From contig JAPDFW010000109.1 of the NCBI GenBank assembly GCA_028826165.1, positions 1-64,000 on the forward strand: DNA of 64,000 nt. Direction: 5' to 3'. The notes below the pieces were generated by a model that was not told the DNA's origin, did no database searches, and was given only the letters and a program-made list of their open reading frames with translations. Each line of letters opens with the position of its first letter. Within the stretch, counting starts at the first letter, position 1. A program made the translations under genes and the position numbers. Shown piece after piece: positions 55,217 through 64,000 of the stretch. The DNA comes from Anaeramoeba ignava BMAN. Taxonomy: Eukaryota; Protista; Anaeramoebae.

Positions 55217-58200
55217 TTAAATTTTATCAAAAGTAACTTGCATAGATAAATTATTTGGAATTTTTGATTTTGAAAAATGAATTTCAGCAGGATTTTTTGG
55301 ATAATTCCAAAATAAAACTTTATTAATAACAAGATATTCTTCAGGTTTAAAAGCATTTGGATGTTCAATATCAAAAGCAATTAAATTCTAATAGAAAACA
55401 GAATAGATTTATATTTATTATATTTATTATATTTATTATATTATAAATTACATCAGGAGTTCTTGAATTAAAAAGATCATAATAATGTCTAACTTTTTCA
55501 AAATGTTTTTCTTGAGAAGAAACAATATTTGTTAAATTTTGTTGAATTGCAAAAACATTTCTAACCATTCTCATAATTCCATTTTTATTAATTTTTTTAA
55601 TTTCTCTAGCACCTTCAACAAGAGTTTTTGAAATAAGACGAGCTAAACCTGAAAAAAGATAACTAAAGAAGCAAAGGAATTAAAATCAATATTGAATTTG
55701 AATTTGAATTTGATTTGATTTAATTGGATTTGATTTGATTTGATTTGATTTGATTTGATTTGATTTGATTTGATTTGATTTTGATTTTGATTTGATTTGA
55801 TTTGATTTGATTTGATTTAATTTGATTTGATTTGATTTAATTTTGATTTGATTTGATTTGATTTAGATTTGATTTGATTTTGATTTAGATTTAATTTTAT
55901 TTGATTTGATTTGATTTGATTTTGATTTGATTTTTGATTTTGATTTTGATTTTTGATTTTGATTTGATTTAATTTGATTTGATTTTAGATTTGATTTTGA
56001 TTTGATTCAATTTGAATTTTGATTTAAATTTAAATTAAAAAAATTTTGATTTGATTTGATTTGATTTAATTTGATTTGATTTGATTTGATTAATTTGATT
56101 TGATTTGATTTGATTTGATTTGATTTGATTTAGATTTTGATTTATTTTGAATTTGATTTTGACAATTTAATTTTTAGATTTGATTTAATTTGATTTGATT
56201 TAATTTGATTTAATTTGATTTGATTAGATTTGATTGGATTTAATTTAGATTTGATTTAATTTGATTTGATTTGATTTGATTTGATTTGATTTGATTTAGA
56301 TTTGATTTGATTTGATTTGATTTGATTTGATTTAATTTAATTTAGATTTGATTTAATTTGATTTGATTTAATTTGATTTAATTTGATTTGATTAGATTTA
56401 ATTTTGATTTTGATTTGATTTGATTTAATTTAATTTGATTTAATTTTGATTTGATTTGATTTAATTTTAATTTGATTTAATTTAATTTTAATTTGATTTA
56501 ATTTGATTTGATTTGATTTGATTTGATTTGATTTGATTTGATTTGATTTGATTTGATTTGATTTGATTTGATTTGATTTGATTTGATTTGATTTGATTTG
56601 ATTTGATTTGATTTGATTTAATTTAATTTAGATTTGATTTGATTTTGATTTTAGTTTAAATTTAAATTAATTTTGATTTTGATTTGATTTGATTTAATTT
56701 AGATTTAATTTTATTTGATTTGAATTAAATTTGTATTTAAATTTAAATTTAAATTTAAATTTGTAATTGTATTTAAATTTGTATTTAAATTCGAAAAGAA
56801 ATTGAATTTGTATTCGAAAAGAAATTAACCTTTTTTGATTAGAGGGAAGAAAAGATGTCATAATATCTTCATTAAAAGCTAAATCCTTATTCAATTCATT
56901 AATAAACATATCTGGTTCAGTTGGTTCTTGATCTAAAGCATAATTAACATTTGAAATTTGCTGAAGAAAATAATAACAATGGAAACGGTATTCTTTCTTC
57001 AAAGTAAGCAAACATCTAGCGGAAAGTTTTCTAAAATGGGAAACAAGAAGATTTAAAGAATCAAATATTTTGGGATGATAATGGAAATTGAATAGAATTT
57101 TTTCTCTTGATTTGGAATATTTTTTGTCATGATTTGGATTTGTTTGATGAGATAAAGAATCAATTTGAGAAGATGATTGAATAAATCCTTTGACGCAACT
57201 TGCGACCCAATCAAGAGAATCAGACAAATTTGCGAGTAAAATTAATCTTGGAGATTCTAAAATAAGACCGTTTTTTTCTAGTTTTCTGTTGTTCAGAAAT
57301 TTTTGTTCGAATAAATCCTCCTTTTGCGAAAATTTCTCAATTTTGTCTTCAAGTTCTTTCATAATCATTTCAATACTTCCAGAAGATCGTCTTTCGCTGT
57401 CTGTTAATTGGATTGAAAGACGTGCTTGATTTTGTTGTATATTTTGATCCTTTTCAATTTCTTCTGAGAATTTTGAATGAATTGAAATGAAAATAGGATC
57501 ATCTTTTTGGATTTTGAAAGCGTCTTGATTTTTAAAATAATTATGTGATTCTGATCCACTTATTACTTTGTCGTATTGATCCTGACAAACTTGGAAATAA
57601 GTTTTTAATAATTGATTAATAACTTCGAGGAAATTTTCCATATAAGATGGCATTAAAATTCCTGAAGTAAAGAGCTGGGATACTAATTGGATAATATCGA
57701 TTGAGCTCTAAATATATTTTGATAAATTTTTATAAATATTTAAAATTTTTCATAAATTTTTTTGTATAATTTTTTTTAACTTGTAATAATGGTCTGTTTG
57801 ATTCTTCTGATGAATAAATTGCATGTATATTTTTTTCTCTTGGTTTAAATGCATCCAAAGAATTTAAAATATTATTTAATTTTTCCATAAAATCGAAATT
57901 AAGTTGCGGAAAAAGGAGGTTATTTAAAAATTCATCCAAAAAAATTTGAATTCTTGATTTTCTGTTTTTTTTTTTAAAATTTTCAATTCCCAAATTGAAT
58001 TTTTTTGAAAATTGAAAATTTGAAAAATTTCAAAAGTTACTCAGTAATTTTCAAACTTCGATTAACTTGATCTGAAAAATTAACAAGTAATTGATAAACA
58101 GAAATGACATTATACATTGAAGATTTAATGTCGAGTTCAGGAAGAAGTTTTTGTTTTATATTTCTTCTTTTTGATCTTTTTTCTGCAGTTAATTGCTGAT

Positions 58201-61200
58201 ATAATTGTTCAAATTTTCCATTGTAATCATTTACAAAAGATTCTGAATTTGCAAAACTGAATTGAATTGTATTCTAAATTTTAAATTAAATTAAATGAAT
58301 TTTAACATTAAATTTTCTTTCGTTTTTTGGAATTTACATCATTTTTCTTTTTTAATTGAGGATTTTTTTGGAATGAAGATTTTCCAGAAGGAAAAATATA
58401 AGGTTTAATAAAATCTTGAATTTCTGTTAAAATTGTATTCCAAACGATTTCCATTGTATATTCATAAGCTGGTTCTTCAGCTTTTTTTTTTTTTTTGATA
58501 GATAAATAAATATTTTCATAAATAAATAAATAAATAAATAAAATAGTTTCTTCCTTGATTACAATTTTTCTCTTGTTCAGGAGATAACCCATAAATTTTA
58601 TTTGGAAGATTATCAATTTCATATTCTCCAAGAAGTTTTGTGTTATCCTGAGCAAATATTACTCTTCTATCTGGACGAAAATTCTTTTTATGAAGCTCCT
58701 CCCAAACAATTTTATGATTGCGAATGACTTTCAAAGTTTTTTTTGCCATTTGTTTAACAAGAGTATAAAGAATTCCCCAAGAATTTTCATTTTCAATTAA
58801 AGAATTTGCTTTTTTATGGAAAAAGGGTATTTGTTTTTGGAATAGTTTTTGGATTGGAAAATCCCCTTTATAATGAGTATTCTTGATTTCATAAATACAA
58901 TCCTCAAATAATCCAAGAATTTCTGGCTTGATATTTGCGCGAATTAATTGAGCGGTTGTTCCTATTCTATCAAGAACATTGAGTGATTCTACCAATAATT
59001 TCATTCTATAAGCCGTGTTATTTTCTTGTGGATTATTGATATCTTCGTAGATTAAATTTTTCTTGCGAATATCTTCTTCTTCCTTTTTACTTTCACTTTC
59101 AATTTCAATTTCGTTTGATAAAATTGAGTTTATTTGTTCAGTTCCATCAATTTCTTCACCAGAAAGTAAATTTTCGACTGAATTTTCATCAAATGGTTTT
59201 TGTTTTTTTAGTTGATAATGTTCTTTTTTGATATTTCTTTGAATATTGATATTACTATTACTATTATCATTATTATTGCTATTGCTATTAATATCTTCTG
59301 TTTTATCAAATGATTTTTCAGATTCATATTCAATATTTTTTTCTTTTTGATTATTTTGTGGAATTATTCCATTTTCTAAATCAATATCTTGTGTTTCTTC
59401 TTCACTATCTTCATCTGATTCATCTTTTAAATTTGGTAATTTTTTAAGATAAATATAACCTTGTAATTCTTCAATAAACTGTTGGTAAATAATCTATTAT
59501 ATTATATTATATTTTTTCCAATAAAAAATTCAATTTTGATTGATTTTTTATTGGAAAATTATTTTACATTCATTTTATCGTTAACATATTCTAAAATTCC
59601 AGTTAATCCAGAGATTTGGATTAAATCTTCTGAAACTAATTGGAAGAACGATGACATTAATAAATAAGAAGCATGCAAGAAGTTTTTATTTTGTAAATAA
59701 TTTTCGAGGATTTCTGGAACTTTTTGAAGGACAATTCTTTTATTATTTGAATATAAATTTTTGAATATAAATTTGAATATAAATTTGAATATAAATTTGA
59801 AAATAAATTTGAAAATAAATTTTAAAAATAAATTTGAAAATAAATTTGAAAATAAATTTGAAAATAAATTTGAAAATAAATTTTAAAATAAATTTGAAAA
59901 TAAATTTGAAAATAAATTTGAAAATAAATTTTAAAATAAATTTGAAAATATAAATTTAAAAATAAATTTGAATATAAATTTGAATATAAATTTAAATATA
60001 AATTTGAAAATAAATTTAAATATAAATTTAAATATAAATTTGAAAATAAATTTTGAATATAAATTTGAAAATAAATTTAAATATAAATTTAAATATAAAT
60101 TTGAATATAAATTTAAATATAAATTTGAATATAAATTTGAAAATAAATTTAAATATAAATTCGAATATAAATTTAAATATAAATTTGAATATAAATTTGA
60201 ATATAAATTTGAATATAAATTTGAATATAAATTTAAATATAAATTTGAAAATAAATTTGAATATAAATTTGAATATAAATTTGAAAATAAATTTGAATAT
60301 AAATTTAAAAATAAATTTGAAAATAAATTTGAAATTAAATTTGAAAATAAATTTGAAAATAAATTTGAAAATAAATTTGAATATAAATTTAAAAATAAAT
60401 TTAAATATAAATTTGAAAATAAATTTGAAAATAAATTTGAATATAAATTTAAATATAAATTTGAAAATAAATTTGAATATAAATTTGAATATAAATTTAA
60501 ATATAAATTTGAATATAAATTTGAAATAAATTTGAAAATAAATTTGAAAATAAATTTGAATATAAATTTGAATATAAATTTGAAAATAAATTTAAAAATA
60601 AATTTGAAAATAAATTTAAAAATAAATTCGAATATAAATTTAAATATAAATTTAAATATAAGTTTGAATATAAATTTAAAAGATAAATTTGAATATAAGT
60701 TTAAAGATAAATTTAAAGATAAATTTGAAAATAAATTTGAAAATAAATTTGAAAATAAATTTGAATATAAATTTAAATATAAATTTGAATATAAATTTAA
60801 TTATAAATTTAAATATAAATTTGAAATAAATTTGAAAATAAATTTTAAAATAAATTTGAAAATAAATTTGAATATAAATTTGAATATAAATTTGAAAATA
60901 AATTTGAAAATAAATTTGAAAATAAATTTGAAAATAAATTTGAAAATAAATTTAAATATAAATTTAAAAATAAATTTAAAAATAAATTTGAAAATAAATT
61001 TGAATATAAATTTAAATATAAATTTAAATATAAATTTGAATATAAATTTAAATATAAATTTAAAGATAAATTTGAAAATAAATTTAAATATAAATTTAAA
61101 TATAAATTTGAATATAAATTTAAATATAAATTTGAATATAAATTTGAATATAAATTTGAATATAAATTTGAAAATAAATTTGAAAATAAATTTAAATATA

Positions 61201-62477
61201 AATTTAAAAATAAATTCGAATATAAATTTGAAAATAAATTTAAAAATAAATTTAAATATAAATTTAATTATAAATTTAAAGATAAATTCGAATATAAATT
61301 TGAATATAAATTTGAATATAAATTTAAAAATAAATCTGAATATAAATTTAAATATAAATTTAAATATAAATTTGAATATAAATTTGAATATAAATTTAAT
61401 TATAAATTTAAATATAAATTTGTTTGATAAATTTAATTATAAATTTGTTTGATAAATTTAATTATAAATTTGTTTGATAAATTTAATTATAAATGTTTGG
61501 TAAATTTAATTATAAATCTTTGGGTAAATTTTCTGATAATTTTCTTGATAATTTGATACATTTGATCAATTAATTTTAACATATATTTATATTGTAAAGA
61601 AAATTCCCAAGCAGTTTTAATTTCACTAATAGATAAATTCATCATAGTTTTACAAGTTGTAATTTGGTTATAAAGAGTTTCAACTTCAGATTGAACAGCA
61701 TTCATATTTTTTAAAACCTCAGAAAAACTTTGAATACTTTTATTAAATCCATCATAATAAACTAAATTGAATTGAAATTATATTTTTAAATTGAAATTGA
61801 AATTGAAATTGAAATTGAAATTGAAATTGAAATTTAAATTGAAATTGAAATTGAAATTGAAATTGAAATTAGATTTGAAATTGAAATTGAAATTAAAATT
61901 AGATTTTAAATTGAAATTAGATTTGAAATTGAAATTAGATTTTAAATTGAAATTAGATTTTAAATTGAATTTAGATTTGAAATTGAAATTGAAATTGAAA
62001 TTGAAATTGAAATTGAAATTGAAATTGAATTTTAAATTGAAATTAGATTTGAAATTGAAATTGAAATTGGATTTAGATTTGAAATTGAAATCGAAATTGA
62101 AATTGAAATTAGATTTGAAATTGAAATTGAATTTAGATTTTAAATTGAAATTGAAATTGAAATTAGATTTTAAATTGAAATTGAAATTGAAATTGGATTT
62201 TAAATTGAAATTGAAATTGAAATTGAAATTGAATTTAGATTTGAAATTGAAATTGAATTTTAGATTAAAAACCTTCTGTTATTCTTTTCATTAAAGCTTC
62301 AACTCCAACAAGATGATTTTCAATTTCTTGAAGTTCTGCATTTGGATCAGCTTTATCTCTAAAAATTGCAACAGCTCTTCCAAGTGGATTAAATTCACCT
62401 TCTTTTTCTTTATATTCTGAATCAGTTGTTCTTAAAATTTCAATTAATTCTTGTTTTATATTATCAGGTTGATTCAT
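55217..62477 (-). CDS. EXOC4: Exocyst complex component Sec8
   Basis: FNPLGRA, YYDGFNKSIQSFSEV, QKVPE, FIEELQGYIYLK, CLLTLKKEYRFHCYYFL, EPDMFINELNKDL and NGIMRMVRNVFAIQQNLTNI are Sec8 motifs. Multiple GT-AG introns. Confidence 0.9.
55700..56700. repeat. Intronic (GATTT)n array
   Basis: Lies inside a Sec8 intron. Confidence 0.95.
59750..61490. repeat. Intronic (AAATTTGAATAT/AAATTTGAAAAT)n 12-mer array
   Basis: Lies inside Sec8 intron 2 and explains the spurious 494-aa ORF. Confidence 0.95.
61790..62265. repeat. Intronic (AAATTG)n array
   Basis: Lies inside Sec8 intron 1. Confidence 0.95.
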
Positions 62478-62536
62478 TAAAAAAATAAAATGAAAAGAAA
62501 AAAATGAAAAAAATAATTTAATTTTTATTTTTATTT

Positions 62537-63215
62537 TTATTTTTGTGAAAATTCAAAAAAACTTTTTGAAAAAAGTGTCTTTTTGTTTTTTGAATCAAGA
62601 GAATTTCTGAAAAAATAAATTTCACATTCTTTAAAATATCTTCGATTTTCTTCATCAACAAGAACAATATTTAAATAATAATTAACACTAAACTTATTAT
62701 CAATATTTTGATAAGTTGGAGTTATATTTAAAGATTCCAAAAAGAAACGAATTGGAATTTTTTCACCTTTAACAACAGAACCATCCATTATTTCAAATTT
62801 AGTAAGAGTTTCACTTTCTGTATAAATAATTGTTCCTGTTCCTGTGACTTCTCTTTTAATAATTGAAACTTCCATATATTTCAAACGTATTTTAACTTTT
62901 AAATAAGAAACTTCACCTAAAACAACATCAAGAAGATGAAATCTAAAAAGTGGAACAAAAGTTTTGAATGAATTAAAAAATTCAATTAAAAAATTCAATT
63001 AAAAAATTCAATTAAAAAATTCAATTAAAAAATTCAATTAAAAAATTCACTTGGATTTCTCAATTCCAATTCTCATATCTAGTGAATTTGGTATTCCAAC
63101 TTCCATTTTAATTGAATCATTCTTTTTAGGAGCTTTTTTTATATTATTAACCCATATTTTAAAATCTTGAGTATCAGTTTTAGATTGTTTTTGAATAATA
63201 ACTCTAATTAGATAA
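62537..63215 (-). CDS. VPS26: Retromer subunit Vps26, last two exons (5' part lies beyond the window)
   Basis: NDSIKMEVGI, FHLLDVVLG, TKFEIMDGSVVKGEKIPIRFFL and NKFSVNYYLNIVLVDEENRRYFK match Vps26. Confidence 0.92.
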
Positions 63216-63219
63216 CTAA

Positions 63220-64000
63220 ATTTATTTTAAATTTTAATTTTGATTTTAATTTTAATTTGATTTTGATTTTCATTTTCATTTTGATTTTGATTTTGAATTT
63301 GAATTTGAATTTTATTTTGATTTTAATTTTGATTTTGATTTTGATTTTGATTTTGATTTTGATTTTGATTTTGATTTTGATTTTGATTTTGATTTTGATT
63401 TTGATTTTGATTTTGATTTTGATTTTGATTTTAATTTGATTTTGATTTTGATTTTGATTTTGAATTTGAATTTGATTTTGATTTTGATTTTGATTTTGAT
63501 TTTGATTTTAATTTTGATTTTGATTTTGATTTTGATTTTAATTTTGATTTTGATTTTGATTTTTATTTTAATTTTGATTTTGATTTTGATTTTGATTTTG
63601 ATTTTCATTTTGATTTTGATTTTCATTTTGAATTTGATTTTGATTTTGATTTTGATTTTGATTTTGATTTTGAATTTGAATTTTGATTTTGATTTTGATT
63701 TTGATTTTGATTTTGATTTTCATTTTGATTTTGATTTTCATTTTGAATTTGATTTTGATTTTGATTTTGAATTTGATTTTGATTTTGATTTTAATTTTGA
63801 TTTTGAATTTTAAATTTGATTTTGATTTTAATTTAAATTTGAATTTGATTTTGAATTTGATTTTGATTTTAATTTTGATTTTAATTTTGATTTTAATTTT
63901 AATTTTGATTTTGATTTTCATTTTTAAATTAAATTAAATTAAATTAAATTAAATTAAATTAAATTAAATTAAATTAAATTAAATTAAATTAAATTAAATT
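63220..64000. repeat. Intronic (TTTTGA)n then (AAATT)n array
   Basis: Lies in the VPS26 intron that runs off the window end. Confidence 0.9.

Noticed and set aside
59968-61452. 494-aa ORF and similar NL/IL/FD/KI-repeat ORFs (e.g. 14741-15041, 32211-32816, 61791-62294, 63257-63937)
   Set aside because: They are stop-free translations of intronic or intergenic 6- and 12-mer arrays and are not protein-like.

Overview
This window is eukaryotic nuclear DNA, not prokaryotic. It is extremely AT-rich and intron-rich. Proteins with NQ/NE dipeptide runs, a BTB-gene remnant and satellite-filled introns suggest an AT-rich amoeboid protist such as Anaeramoeba, but that is inference only. Positions 1-9.6 kb hold decayed genes and 145-320 bp satellites. 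From 9.6 kb onward there is a tightly packed run of spliced genes, in order: an ER-type membrane protein; an inverted pair of small Cys/coiled-coil paralogs; a 3xRRM hnRNP Q/R-like gene; SRP68; a Boule/DAZ-like RRM gene; a multi-pass membrane gene; a large RasGEF; a bZIP; CTDNEP1/Nem1; Ras; kinesin-2; a RING-kinase-SH3-ARM gene; Sec8/EXOC4; and the 3' part of VPS26. Most long ORFs in the supplied track are artefacts of intronic microsatellites. Four observations stand out. (1) The RING-kinase-SH3 gene ends in a tandem array of 129-nt one-ARM-repeat exons that vary only non-synonymously, mostly at predicted ligand-contact positions, and the whole gene sits between 62-bp direct repeats; it is a candidate exon-shuffling, variable recognition receptor. 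(2) SRP68 has a clear AT-AC U12-type intron. (3) Many introns are inflated by locally seeded tandem repeats that tend to avoid AG on the sense strand, and the inverted paralog pair shows one such intron in both short and expanded states. (4) There is a Boule/DAZ-like RRM in an apparent protist. All gene models were spliced by eye, and no database searches were run.
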